From assembly GCA_007695055.1 (NCBI GenBank), contig REEM01000110.1, forward strand, positions 1 to 60,458: a stretch of 60,458 bases of DNA, read 5' to 3'. The DNA is from Spirochaetaceae bacterium. Its GTDB lineage: Bacteria > Spirochaetota > Spirochaetia > DSM-27196 > SLAA01. A program made the translations under genes and the position numbers. The notes beneath the pieces are model-generated. The model made no database searches. It worked only from the letters and a program-made list of their open reading frames with translations, and was not told where the DNA came from. The stretch's first letter is position 1, and the number at the start of each line of letters is the position of its first letter. Positions 48,392 through 58,537 of this stretch are shown in pieces.

Positions 48392-48636
48392 CAGACAAGA
48401 AGCTCAGTCACATAAGGCGTTTGTTCACCGGGAAATGAAAATAGAACACACCTGCTGCAGCTGCATCAGCAGATGGGTGTTCAGAAGCAGTGGGTAATCT
48501 GGATGGACTTCACCAAACACTTCCCTGTCTGCAAGTGGCACAACGACTTCAAGAGTCAGGGACGGAGCACCCCGGCGCAGGGATCACACGGTGATACGGC
48601 TTGTATCGTGCAAACAGATAGGCTAATAATCATGTC

Positions 48637-49374
48637 ATGTACAGCCCGGCACACGACGGTATTGAAAAGTTAGCTCAAACGGTTCGATACACCGAAGCAC
48701 AGCCGCCGATTGAGCTGTGCGAACTTGTCTATTGTTACTGGGAACTCAAGACCGACGGCGAGTTAGATCAGGACTTCAGGCTTCATGCCACACCGGATGC
48801 GTGTGTAGACATCATGTTCAACAGGAGAGACACCGGCATTGCGGGTGTGACCGGGCTTCAAACCACCCACGCTGTGCTGAACCTCGGAAGGAGCTTTCAC
48901 TACGTAGGGATACAGTTTCTGCCCGGGGTGTGGCATGGAAACCGTAACGACATTGTTGATCGTTACATAGGCAGCGCTTACACCGGATGCCTACCGCTCG
49001 TTCAGACGAACAACCGAATGGCGGAACTCGATTTCGTCGGACAACAGGTTGTCATGACGGAGCTGGTACAAGAGCTCGTATCGGACAACATTGTCAAGGA
49101 GAACCAGATTACCGGGAAGATCCTGAAGGCCCTCGATGTGATCCACAGTGTGAGTGATATGGCGGGAATCGTAGGACTCTCGCCTCGGCAACTGCAACGC
49201 ACACTCAAGCGCTCCACAGGCTTTACTCCGCACGATTTCCTCAAAGTCCTGCGTCTGCAGGGTTCATTTCAACAGCCTGATCTGGACGTGTTCTCCGATC
49301 AAGCGCACTTTATCCGCTCGTTTCGCCACGCGACCGGCTACCCGCCCGGACGGTACGCACGAAAGTTTCGGTGA
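48637..49374 (+). CDS. AraC-family regulator (DUF6597-like N-terminus)
   Basis: VYCYW..PDACVDI; SPRQLQR, FSDQAHFIRSF. Confidence 0.85.
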   Translation: MYSPAHDGIEKLAQTVRYTEAQPPIELCELVYCYWELKTDGELDQDFRLHATPDACVDIMFNRRDTGIAGVTGLQTTHAVLNLGRSFHYVGIQFLPGVWHGNRNDIVDRYIGSAYTGCLPLVQTNNRMAELDFVGQQVVMTELVQELVSDNIVKENQITGKILKALDVIHSVSDMAGIVGLSPRQLQRTLKRSTGFTPHDFLKVLRLQGSFQQPDLDVFSDQAHFIRSFRHATGYPPGRYARKFR

Positions 49375-49471
49375 TGTCCGATTTGTTCAATACCATCCTC
49401 AACTGACTCGTTATCCTTGGCATCGTGCGAGCAACGGTATCGTACGAGTACCAAATCGAAGGAGGAAGGGT

Positions 49472-49879
49472 ATGTCAGGAAAAGCAGATAAGGTGTCATG
49501 GTTCGAGATTCCCGCTGATGATGTGAGGCGGGCAGGAAAGTTCTACGGGACAGTATTCGGTTGGGCGACACCGCCGATGGGCCCGGACGCGACATTTGCC
49601 CTCACAGTACAAGCCGATGATAACGGCAACCCGACAGAGGTCGGTGGAATCAACGGCGGCTTTCACAAGCGCCAAGGCTCATCGGACGCAGGGCCGGTCA
49701 TCAACATTTACGTGAATGACATTAACGCCAAACTAAAGGCTGTCGAGGCAGCGGGCGGATGTGTGATTCAGCCGCGAACAGAGGTCGTTGAATTTGGTCT
49801 GTCGATGGCGTTATTCAGCGACACCGAAGGAAACGTCCTCGGTGTGTATCGCTACAGTGCGCCCTCCGGGGAAGCATAA
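49472..49879 (+). CDS. VOC/glyoxalase family protein
   Basis: WFEIPADD..FYGTVFGW, INGG, FSDTEGN. Confidence 0.88.
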   Translation: MSGKADKVSWFEIPADDVRRAGKFYGTVFGWATPPMGPDATFALTVQADDNGNPTEVGGINGGFHKRQGSSDAGPVINIYVNDINAKLKAVEAAGGCVIQPRTEVVEFGLSMALFSDTEGNVLGVYRYSAPSGEA

Positions 49880-49953
49880 ACAGGTCGGAGCGTAGCGCTT
49901 CGACTGCGTGCAACCTGCGTGCAAAACAGGGTTGACCAAATTATCACCGGGTG

Positions 49954-49970
49954 GTTACATTCAATGTAAC
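49954..49970. promoter_or_regulatory. Perfect 8-1-8 palindrome GTTACATT-C-AATGTAAC, probable TetR operator
   Basis: Upstream of the nitroreductase-TetR pair. Confidence 0.6.
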
Positions 49971-49993
49971 TTAACGGTAACAAGAGGTTTTCT

Positions 49994-51148
49994 ATGATTG
50001 TTCGTTCTTTTCTCCGCAGCAGTTCTTGGTGGATTGCTCTAGTACTGATTATGGTGTACGCAGGCTGCACCGATGACCCTACTGATATTCTGGCCGTGCG
50101 GAACGAGAATCTACGAGTAGAACTCGTCGAGTGGGCGCGGCTTGCGCAAAGCGCGCACAACTATCAGCCATGGCGTGTTGTGTTAGACCCTGATCGAAGC
50201 GACCGCATGTGGCTCTACATAGAAACAGAGCGCTTGCTGCCCGAAACCGATCCTCCTGCACGCCAAATTACAATTTCGGCGGGAACATTTCTTGCCGTAC
50301 TGGAAGCGCGCGCAGCGCAGCTGGGACTTGCAGCGCAAATTGAGCTGCTTCCTCACGGTGAATATGATCTCGAGACAATAGGAAGTCTTCCGGTAGCCGC
50401 TGTTGTGCTGAATGAGTTCTCAGGGGCAAGGTCCTCACTATTTGTTGCAGCAGATGTGGACGCCCTTAGCCAAGCCACGGTCAAGTACCGATATCGTCCG
50501 GCGGAACTTGATGCTTCGTTTCGGCGAAGGCTCACAGCCTGGTCTGATTGGGACTCGGGGATACAGGTGAGTGTTATGACTGATCCTGCAGACGTGCAGT
50601 GGTTGAACGAGATTTCCCGGCAGGCATACGTCATTGAAATGCGGAACCCCGCAACCCGTGCCGAAACCTATGAGAGTACGCGTATGACTCGCCGTGCTCG
50701 CCGACAACAGCCCTATGGACTCGCATACACGGCAAACTTTCGGCCAATGATCTTGCGGGTTGTTGAAACAAGCCAGATTCTGTTTCCTCAGTCTCACGAG
50801 AAGTGGGCCGAGACCGGGATAGATCAGTTCACGGCAGCGCTTGACGATATCAATACCTACATAGTGATAACGAGCGAGACGAATGATCGCACGGCACAGG
50901 TTCAGACCGGGCGAATGTTGCAGGCGCTTTGGATGGAGATTCAGGCAGCTGGTCATGTGGTACTTGCGAACTCTCAAGCGCTGCAGGAGTATCCGAAGAT
51001 GCGCGAGCTCTACACCAAAGTTCACGAACGCCTTGCCCCCGACGGCGAAACGGTGCAGATGATTCTTGCTGTTGCGCGACCGGCTACGGGTCGGCATCTG
51101 CACAGTCCACGCTTCCGTGCCGAGGCGCTTATAAGCTCACCAGATTAG
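49994..51148 (+). CDS. Acg-family FMN-binding nitroreductase-like protein (possible lipoprotein)
   Basis: LAQSAHNYQPW, LPETDPPARQ, SQALQEY; signal ending YAGC. Confidence 0.8.
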   Translation: MIVRSFLRSSSWWIALVLIMVYAGCTDDPTDILAVRNENLRVELVEWARLAQSAHNYQPWRVVLDPDRSDRMWLYIETERLLPETDPPARQITISAGTFLAVLEARAAQLGLAAQIELLPHGEYDLETIGSLPVAAVVLNEFSGARSSLFVAADVDALSQATVKYRYRPAELDASFRRRLTAWSDWDSGIQVSVMTDPADVQWLNEISRQAYVIEMRNPATRAETYESTRMTRRARRQQPYGLAYTANFRPMILRVVETSQILFPQSHEKWAETGIDQFTAALDDINTYIVITSETNDRTAQVQTGRMLQALWMEIQAAGHVVLANSQALQEYPKMRELYTKVHERLAPDGETVQMILAVARPATGRHLHSPRFRAEALISSPD

Positions 51149-51187
51149 TCGCTGTACACCAGCCGTGCCATCAGATAGACTTGAGGC

Positions 51188-51865
51188 ATGACTCCGCGCA
51201 ACGAGCATGGGCCGGATTCCGGCCCACCCGCGCGCCGCGACCGGCAAATGACCGAACGGCGCCTCATTGAGGCTACCATACAACTAATCCGTGAGCGCGG
51301 CTTCGACGCCGTGGGTATCAATGCGATAGCTGATACTGCGGGCGTCAGCAAGGTGCTGATTTATCGTTACTTCGGCGATTTCTCCGGCCTGTTAAGAGCG
51401 GTAGCCGATGAGATCGGAGTTCTTGGTTCCAACCTTGCAGCCGGATCCATTGCATCTGCGAGTGCTGACTCCACGCCTGGACAGGTTATCGCAGAAACGA
51501 CACATATTCTGCGCTCTATGGTAAAAGACAACGAACTTATTCGGAATGTTCTAATATGGGAGCTTTCGCAGGATAACGAGCTGACCAAAACACTCGCAGA
51601 GAGCCGCGAACACATTGGTCTTGAACAGACACGACAGTTCACTCGCCTCTTGGAAGAGCACCGGCCGGGAGAAAGCTTGGATACCGAGGCACTTTTTGCG
51701 CTGCTGACTGCGGGTGTGTTCTATCTTTCGCTGCGTGCGGAACACTGTCCGGTCTTTAACGGTGTAGATCTGCAAAGTGATGAAGGCTGGAACCGGATTG
51801 CCGGAGTCGTGAAGGATTTGCTTGATCGGGTGCCGGAGCCGGAGCCAAACGAAGACAAGCCCTGA
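51188..51865 (+). CDS. TetR-family regulator
   Basis: GINAIADTAGVSKVLIYRYFG. Confidence 0.88.
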   Translation: MTPRNEHGPDSGPPARRDRQMTERRLIEATIQLIRERGFDAVGINAIADTAGVSKVLIYRYFGDFSGLLRAVADEIGVLGSNLAAGSIASASADSTPGQVIAETTHILRSMVKDNELIRNVLIWELSQDNELTKTLAESREHIGLEQTRQFTRLLEEHRPGESLDTEALFALLTAGVFYLSLRAEHCPVFNGVDLQSDEGWNRIAGVVKDLLDRVPEPEPNEDKP

Positions 51866-51868
51866 GCA

Positions 51869-53299
51869 TCAGCTATCTACGAGGTGTCGTTCTCCGTCGG
51901 CAACAAGCGTTGCAAGTCTGCGGAGAGCCTGCTCCTTGTCATGGTTAAGTATTCCCGGCGCTACGCGAATCCAGCCGTCGTAATCATCTTGGCACCGTGC
52001 AAACATCGCTCCCGGAGCAATAGCAATCCCCTCTTTCCGGGCTGCACGGAAGATATCGCGTCCGGATACTCCTTCAGGCATCCGTATCCAGAGGGCAAAA
52101 CCACCTGAAGGTGCCGTCACTTGAGATCCGGCGGGAAAGGTATCTTGCACCAGCTCGGCGGCCGCTGTCAGACTCTCGTAGACCAGCTTGCGATTGTGGT
52201 CCTGCACTCGGCGAACCTTTCCGGAAGCGAGCATGTGCTCAAGGATTGCAAGCTGCAACGCCGAGACGGTGCATGATGTGGCTTGCCAGCGGTCGCGAAC
52301 ATGTGTCGCATGTGTTCCGGCGGCGACCCATGCTGCCTTGATTGACGGTACAAGCGTCTCTGCATAGGATGAGCACAGAAACACCGAACCTGAGGGGGCC
52401 AACGAGTAGAGGCTTGGGGAAGCTGAAGTTGTGTAGCGCATGTCCCGCAGCATCCCATACTCAATCACCTTCAGCTGAGTCTCATCAACGAGGTGTGCTA
52501 TTTCCGCGAGCACGGACTCCGGAAGGCATGAACCTGTTGGATTGTGTACCGCAGTATCCAAGAGAGCAATTCCTACCTGATTTCGCCGCACTGCCTCGGC
52601 CAGACGCGCGACCGAGAAAGAACCGTCCGGCATTGTGGGCAGCTCAAAAGCCGGCATACCTAAGGCCCGAAGAATCGTCAAATGTCCGTAATACGTTGGA
52701 GCCTGAACCGCAACCGGGAGACGTTGCGGATTGAGCGTTACCAGGAGCTGAAACACGGTTTGCTCTATCGAGCTTGCCAGAACGAGTTGATCAGGATTGA
52801 TAGCAATCCCGTGAAGCATTTCGCGCTGACTGACAAGCGAACGCAACTCTGCGGTGCGTTCAAATGTGGCGAATCCATCGAGGAGTGGAGACTGGGTTGA
52901 TGCGGCCGCTTGCATTGCCGACTTGATCAGGTCCGCCGGTACCAGTTCTTGGGGGAGAACCGCATGATCCATCTTTGCAGTTGTGGGGGCTGCTGCTGGC
53001 CGGCAGGTATATTCCTCAATCACTGCGTCAACAAGATCGTCAACGTACTCCGATCCTTCAAAGACTTCCGGCCGTGAAACCACATAGGTTCCGGCTCGCG
53101 GCCTGCTTTCTATGAGGCCGCGATCCTGCAGTAGGTTCAGGGCCGACTTCATAGTATTTATGCTCGCGGCGAACGACTCAGCGAGCTGGCGAATTGAGGC
53201 AATGCGTTCACCCGGCTCATACACGCCGTCGGCGATAGACTGCTCGATGCGATCCGCGATCACGCGATATCGATGTTCTCGTACTTTTGCCTGAAACAT
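51869..53299 (-). CDS. MocR-like GntR regulator with degenerate PLP site
   Basis: wHTH + aminotransferase fold (HNPTG, PSGGFALW, APG); SYAET in place of SFSK. Confidence 0.82.
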   Translation of the reverse strand: MFQAKVREHRYRVIADRIEQSIADGVYEPGERIASIRQLAESFAASINTMKSALNLLQDRGLIESRPRAGTYVVSRPEVFEGSEYVDDLVDAVIEEYTCRPAAAPTTAKMDHAVLPQELVPADLIKSAMQAAASTQSPLLDGFATFERTAELRSLVSQREMLHGIAINPDQLVLASSIEQTVFQLLVTLNPQRLPVAVQAPTYYGHLTILRALGMPAFELPTMPDGSFSVARLAEAVRRNQVGIALLDTAVHNPTGSCLPESVLAEIAHLVDETQLKVIEYGMLRDMRYTTSASPSLYSLAPSGSVFLCSSYAETLVPSIKAAWVAAGTHATHVRDRWQATSCTVSALQLAILEHMLASGKVRRVQDHNRKLVYESLTAAAELVQDTFPAGSQVTAPSGGFALWIRMPEGVSGRDIFRAARKEGIAIAPGAMFARCQDDYDGWIRVAPGILNHDKEQALRRLATLVADGERHLVDS

Positions 53300-53322
53300 A
53301 TGGTATCATAGCGCATCCTAAG

Positions 53323-53391
53323 GATACAGTTCAGGACACAGTTGCTGCGGACTGGATAGATACACAGCGCGGACCGGCTACGCGGTACAGC
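53323..53391. promoter_or_regulatory. MocR-type GAYACAG direct repeats
   Basis: GATACAGTT 53323, GACACAGTT 53335, GGTACAG about 53383. Confidence 0.6.
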
Positions 53392-53623
53392 CTTGTACAT
53401 CCGGCGAGGTCACACGAATAGTAGCCGGGCCGCTCCCGGGGTTCACTGCAACGGCCACGTTTCGCACGTCGGTGGAGCAGTACGAAGCACCCATAGGAAG
53501 GATAATGTCTCGTCCGTTGTCGGTTACCCATACGGTTCCTGCAACAGCAAAAACGCTGCTGCCGCCGACAATGGAGAGAGTTTCACGCGGACCAAGAATA
53601 ACGGTTTGTATGTGAGTTTTCAT
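53378..53623 (-). CDS. DUF2917-like small protein
   Basis: GTVWVT..GRDIILPMG motif; typical MocR neighbour. Confidence 0.65.
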   Translation of the reverse strand: MKTHIQTVILGPRETLSIVGGSSVFAVAGTVWVTDNGRDIILPMGASYCSTDVRNVAVAVNPGSGPATIRVTSPDVQGCTA

Positions 53624-53707
53624 GTGACAACACTACGCGTAACCAAGTTAAAGAACGAGACACAATACGGGGTGCTTCAAAGGGTACAGCACGGACGTGT
53701 GCGGGGC

Positions 53708-55183
53708 TCAGGGGCCGGTGCGATCGGCCGTACGGCAGGCAGCCGAGCCGATGGCTTTGATTGCAGCCTCTACGGTGGAATCCCACTTGGTAGCATTAAC
53801 CCGCATACAGTTCCGATAGTTGCCACTGAGGGTAAACATCGGCCCCGGCGCAAAACAGATCTGCTCACGCCGGACCTGCTCATACACTTCCGTGACGTTG
53901 ATCTGCGGCGGCAAGACGATCCAGATCACCATTCCGCCCGCAGGATTGGTCATCTGTGTTCCTTGCGGAAAGCTCTCAAGAACAGCCCTCCGCACCTGTG
54001 AGACCGACTCGCGGTAATGGCGCCGTGCCGACCGGAGCCACCGCTCATGGCCTCCATTCGCCAGAAACGCGGCAATCCCGAGTGACGTTGGAATAACGAC
54101 CGCGGCTGAGGTGACCAGCTTCGAGTGGGTAACCGGACCGATCAGGGTAGGGCCGGTGGCTATCCAGCCCACGCGGTATCCGGGAGCAATCGACTTGCTG
54201 AAGGACGCGCATAAGAGCGTGCGGTTTGGGTCGGTGAACGAGGCCAGTGATGGAGGCCGTTCTACATTCCAGGCCATCTCTCCGTACATATCGTCTTCCA
54301 CCAGAATCACCTCATGGCGCTCCAGTACCGCTGCGATCCGCCTCTTGCGCTCAATTGGAATTAACGACCCAATGGGATTCGAGAAGTTTGCGATAAGCAC
54401 AGCGGCAGCTACTTTTGGTCCAACACCTCGCTGGCGACGTCGCTCTGCATCTGTAAGGATCTGGTCGAGGTCTTCAGGGTCTACGCCTGTTGAAGGGCGA
54501 CTTGGTATCTCGATGGCTTGGAGCCGTAGCTTTTCCAGGAGCTGGTAGAAAAGGAAGAAGCCGGGTGACTCAATCACCACCGAATCACCGGGAGAACATA
54601 CCGTCATGAGGGAGAGAAATACCGCCTCGAGACATCCGGCCGTGATGAGTATCTGATCCGGTGACACCGATACGCTGCCACGAAACAAACGTCTGGCAAT
54701 CTCCAGTCGAAGCACCTCTGGGCCCGGGGGTAGCTCATAGCTCACTGCACGTTCCGGTTGGCGCCGCAGTTCTTTTGCCGTCAAGTCCGCCAAACGGCGT
54801 GCGGGAAGCAAGGCCGCAGGTGGCTCAGCCGTGGCCAGGTTGACCCAGCCCGGACGCATACAGTCCTGCATGACGCGCTGCGTGAGACTTCCTGCGGACG
54901 CGTCCCGTGGTATGGACTCAGCCGGGTCAGGGAAGTCCATTGAGCAGTCGTCACACAATGGCGGCAGCCGGAGCACGAAGTGCCCGGAGTGACTTCGGGG
55001 GTTAACGATTCCCCGGTCTTCCAAGAGCCGGTAAGCCTCCCGGGCGGTATTTATGCTCACCTGAAACTCCCGATGAATATCCCTAATCGATGGAAGACGT
55101 TCACCCGGTTCGTATACGCCGGTTGCAATGGTTTCTTCCAGTCGTTGTGCTACCTCTTGATACAACGGAATAGCTTTTGACAT
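53708..55183 (-). CDS. MocR-family PLP-dependent regulator
   Basis: LPSIR wHTH, SNPIG, EDDMY, SFSKSIAPGYRVGW. Confidence 0.9.
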   Translation of the reverse strand: MSKAIPLYQEVAQRLEETIATGVYEPGERLPSIRDIHREFQVSINTAREAYRLLEDRGIVNPRSHSGHFVLRLPPLCDDCSMDFPDPAESIPRDASAGSLTQRVMQDCMRPGWVNLATAEPPAALLPARRLADLTAKELRRQPERAVSYELPPGPEVLRLEIARRLFRGSVSVSPDQILITAGCLEAVFLSLMTVCSPGDSVVIESPGFFLFYQLLEKLRLQAIEIPSRPSTGVDPEDLDQILTDAERRRQRGVGPKVAAAVLIANFSNPIGSLIPIERKRRIAAVLERHEVILVEDDMYGEMAWNVERPPSLASFTDPNRTLLCASFSKSIAPGYRVGWIATGPTLIGPVTHSKLVTSAAVVIPTSLGIAAFLANGGHERWLRSARRHYRESVSQVRRAVLESFPQGTQMTNPAGGMVIWIVLPPQINVTEVYEQVRREQICFAPGPMFTLSGNYRNCMRVNATKWDSTVEAAIKAIGSAACRTADRTGP

Positions 55184-55194
55184 CTCTGCCTTCC

Positions 55195-56337
55195 TTACAT
55201 ACCCTGAACCGCCGCTGCAATGCGCCCCACTGCATCCGGAATGAGACGCTCCGACACATTCGTGAAGTTAAGTCGTATGGTCGATCTGTCAGGCTCTTGG
55301 AGGTAAAAGTGTTGTCCCGGCACAAAAGCCACGCCGCGCTTGATTGCGTAACCGAACAGCTCTTCCGTCGGCACCGGGAGCGATGCCCAGAGGAACATTC
55401 CACCGCCAGCGACCCAGGGGATTCGAGCCCCGGGCACGAGTGTTTCGATAGCCTGCACCAGCGCATCACGTTGAGCTTGGTATGTGCGGCATATACGTGA
55501 TAGGTGCGCATCAAGGTTGAACTCTCCGCCGGTGAGTAGCTCCCGGAGAATTGACTGGATTAAGGTCGATGTATGCAGATCTGTTGCTTGCTTGATTGGC
55601 TCCAAGTGTTCCAACAGCGAACAATGGGCACGAATAAAACCCAGCCGCAAGGACGGTGCCACCGACTTTGAAAAGCTCCCAAGATAGATGACCCGGTCGG
55701 GCACTCTTTGGGCGACCAAGGGTGAGTCGGTTTCACCGAAGCTAATCTCACCGTAGGGATCATCTTCAATCATCCAGCAGTCTGTCTTCATGAGAAGTTC
55801 CGCCATGGCGTTCGCAGTGGCTGCGGGGTAGCTGCGGCCGGTAGGGTTCTGAAATCGGCTCATGCCGTAGTACACCGCAGCACCTGTGTCAAATGCTTGT
55901 TCGAGCGTCTCCAGATCAGGCCCGGCGTCATTCAACGGAACCGGAATCAGCGGCACGCGGGAAGCTTGGAACGCCAGACGAGCGCCAAGATAGCCTGGGT
56001 CTTCAAAGGCAATCGGCCGGTCGGAAAACAGTTTTGCACACAGATCAAGTCCTTGCTGGGAGCCGGAGGTGATCATGACCTCATCCGGGGTGGTTGGGAT
56101 ACCATGATGTGAGCACAAACGATCGGCAATCCAGCTGCGCAGATCGGCGTCTCCGGAGCTTGCTCCGTATTGTAGTACTGAGGCACCGTCTTGCATAAGC
56201 ACGCGGTCTGCCGCAGCTCGGATTTCATCCACGGGAAATAGATCAGCCAGCGGAAGTCCACCTGCCAGACTCAGAACCTCGGGTGATGATGCGACCCTGA
56301 GAATCTCACGAATAAAAGACCGTTCTACACCATACAT
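55195..56337 (-). CDS. Class I PLP aminotransferase (LysN-like)
   Basis: SFIREIL, SLAGGLP, FQNPTG, EDDPY, SFSKSVAPSLRLG. Confidence 0.88.
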   Translation of the reverse strand: MYGVERSFIREILRVASSPEVLSLAGGLPLADLFPVDEIRAAADRVLMQDGASVLQYGASSGDADLRSWIADRLCSHHGIPTTPDEVMITSGSQQGLDLCAKLFSDRPIAFEDPGYLGARLAFQASRVPLIPVPLNDAGPDLETLEQAFDTGAAVYYGMSRFQNPTGRSYPAATANAMAELLMKTDCWMIEDDPYGEISFGETDSPLVAQRVPDRVIYLGSFSKSVAPSLRLGFIRAHCSLLEHLEPIKQATDLHTSTLIQSILRELLTGGEFNLDAHLSRICRTYQAQRDALVQAIETLVPGARIPWVAGGGMFLWASLPVPTEELFGYAIKRGVAFVPGQHFYLQEPDRSTIRLNFTNVSERLIPDAVGRIAAAVQGM

Positions 56338-56388
56338 CTGAAATGCTCCCTTCTGTTCCTATCATACATAGGAAATGTAGCAGTAGAG

Positions 56389-56485
56389 GACACAGATGAT
56401 AAGACACAGTTTGCCTGCAAGTATTGGGCACACTTTCCAATGCCTCGCGCGCGGGTGTGACTATCCGCGAAATACTAACTGTGTC
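56389..56485. promoter_or_regulatory. MocR-type direct + inverted GACACAG repeats in the divergent aminotransferase/EamA promoter
   Basis: GACACAGAT 56389, GACACAGTT 56403, AACTGTGTC 56477. Confidence 0.65.
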
Positions 56486-56521
56486 TGGTCTTCATTAACT
56501 GCGTGACGTACCGTAGCGCGC

Positions 56522-57337
56522 ATGAAGAGCAAAAACGGCGTTACACGGAAGCCGCTGGTATGGATCGTTTACGCGGCTCTCTGTCTCATTTTTGGTACTA
56601 CATTCCTGGCGATCAAGATTGGATCCAATGCTGGGATACCTCCTTTTATTGGTGCGGGTGTGCGTTTTGTGGTGGCCGGTGTGGTATTGGTTGTCCTCCG
56701 CGGTAAACTTCGAGGACCCCAGCGGCCATCCCTGAGCTTTGTGGGCAAGGCAAGTTTGCTCGGGCTCGGTATGGTTGGCTTAGCATTTGCGTGTACCTAT
56801 TGGTCGATACAGCACCTTCAGTCCGGGTATGCCGCTCAGATACAGTCGAGTGCGCCCATCATTGTAGCTCTCCTCGCGGCGGTGGGGGCCCTTGTGGCGC
56901 TGGGTGCGGAGCTCTTTTTTGGCTTAGGTACCATTTGGCATCGCTTCGCGTTTGACAAGGGTGTAGATAGTCTCCAGGTAAACGGATTCAGCATGCTTTC
57001 TGGGGGACTCTTCTTATGCGTGATTGCCGTGGCCACGGCTCAGACGGGGTTGCCGCTAAGCTTTGCTGCACTAAGCTCATTGCTCTACTTGGTAGTCGTT
57101 GGCTCCATTGGCGGCCACTCGATGTATTTGTGGCTGGTCGGCCAAACCGGTCCGGTCTTTGCGTCAACTTGGTTGTATATTTCGCCCGTGATCGCTACCT
57201 TCGTAGGCTCCGTCGTGCTTTCAGAGGCGGTCGGCGCCTCAACCATAGCAGGAGCCGCACTTGTACTCATGGGGGTTTACTGGATTAACCGGGCTGAGCA
57301 CGGCGGGCGGCTTTTCGCTGAAAAACGGAACTACTAA
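56522..57337 (+). CDS. EamA/DMT transporter, probably internally deleted
   Basis: IFGTTFLAIK..PPF..R, YLVVVGS, YISPVIA..LSE; TM5/linker appears absent. Confidence 0.78.
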   Translation: MKSKNGVTRKPLVWIVYAALCLIFGTTFLAIKIGSNAGIPPFIGAGVRFVVAGVVLVVLRGKLRGPQRPSLSFVGKASLLGLGMVGLAFACTYWSIQHLQSGYAAQIQSSAPIIVALLAAVGALVALGAELFFGLGTIWHRFAFDKGVDSLQVNGFSMLSGGLFLCVIAVATAQTGLPLSFAALSSLLYLVVVGSIGGHSMYLWLVGQTGPVFASTWLYISPVIATFVGSVVLSEAVGASTIAGAALVLMGVYWINRAEHGGRLFAEKRNY

Positions 57338-57352
57338 AGGGGAGCAACATCT

Positions 57353-58537
57353 ATGACCGACACAGGGCTCTCGAGTTCGCTGACATTGCCCTGTGGTGTG
57401 GTTCTCAAGAATCGCTGCGCCAAGTCGGCGATGTCGGACTCACTTGGTGATGGGAGGGGGAATCCAACCGACGGTCAAGTTGCTTTGTACTCAAGATGGG
57501 CCTATGGTGGAGCCGGGCTTTTGATTGTGGGAGAGGTGCACGGAGATCCACAATACCTTGAGAAACCGGGGAACCTGGTTATGCGTAGCGACTCCGATCA
57601 CCGGCGCTTCCGCGAACTGGCCGCCGCTGGCCGTGAGAACAATGCCCATCTCTGGCTACAACTTGGGCACGCTGGTGCGTTGGCATACCCGCCGTGCGGC
57701 AGGCCGGTGGGGCCCAGCGCGCTTGACCTGCCCGAGCTCAGCTGCGACGCAATGACGCTGCCCGAGATCGCCAACCTGCCTGGCTTCTTTGCCGAAACTG
57801 CGCGTTTAGCGCGTGAGTTAGGGTTTGGGGGTGTTCAACTGCACGCCGCCCACGGGTTTCTCCTGAGCCAATTCTTGTCACCGCGATTTAACCTGCGAGG
57901 GGACGCCTATGGCGGCGGTGTGGCAAACCGGGTGCGGCTGTTGGTGGAGGTTATAGAACAGGTCCGCGCGGCTGTAGGTCCGGACTTCCCAGTTGCCATC
58001 AAGCTAAACTCAAGTGACGGCATTGAAGGTGGATTGGGGGCAGAGGATGCCTTGCAGATGCTCAGGATCTTGGACCAGACCTCAGTTGACTTGATTGAGA
58101 TTAGCGGAGGAAGCTACTTTCCCGGTGCGCAAAAACAATTAGCTCAGAGACGAAGCGGCCCGTATTTCACGGAATTCACTCTTGATGCGCGCAACTGTAC
58201 CGAAAAACCGCTCATGGTGACCGGCGGGTTCAAGACACGTGAACAGGCTGAGCTTGCGCTCGAAAGCGGAGCAGCGGATATCGTGGGAATGGCCAGGGCT
58301 CTGGTACTGAACCCCGAGCTTCCTCAGGATTGGATGGAAGGAAAGGCTGTGCAGCCGGAGTTTCCCGTTTTCTCAGAAGCTCCGGAGGGTGGTGTTACCG
58401 CATGGTACACCATGAAGCTCGCGGAGTACGCGGGGTGCGGGCCGCGCGTGGACACAATCTTGGCACGGCAAGCACTTGAGCTCTACGATCAGCGGGACCA
58501 AGACAGAGTTAGACTATGGAATGAGAGGTTTCTATGA
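57353..58537 (+). CDS. NADH:flavin oxidoreductase (OYE family)
   Basis: LKNRCAKSAM, QLGHAG, QLHAAHGFLLSQFLSP, EISGG, GMAR. Confidence 0.9.
   Translation: MTDTGLSSSLTLPCGVVLKNRCAKSAMSDSLGDGRGNPTDGQVALYSRWAYGGAGLLIVGEVHGDPQYLEKPGNLVMRSDSDHRRFRELAAAGRENNAHLWLQLGHAGALAYPPCGRPVGPSALDLPELSCDAMTLPEIANLPGFFAETARLARELGFGGVQLHAAHGFLLSQFLSPRFNLRGDAYGGGVANRVRLLVEVIEQVRAAVGPDFPVAIKLNSSDGIEGGLGAEDALQMLRILDQTSVDLIEISGGSYFPGAQKQLAQRRSGPYFTEFTLDARNCTEKPLMVTGGFKTREQAELALESGAADIVGMARALVLNPELPQDWMEGKAVQPEFPVFSEAPEGGVTAWYTMKLAEYAGCGPRVDTILARQALELYDQRDQDRVRLWNERFL

Noticed and set aside
48430-48620. Possible reverse-transcriptase fragment (QWVIWMDFTKHF)
   Set aside because: Single weak motif resemblance, no YxDD or other RT blocks
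53323-56485. CRISPR-like short repeats
   Set aside because: 7-9 bp, irregularly spaced; operator-like; no cas genes
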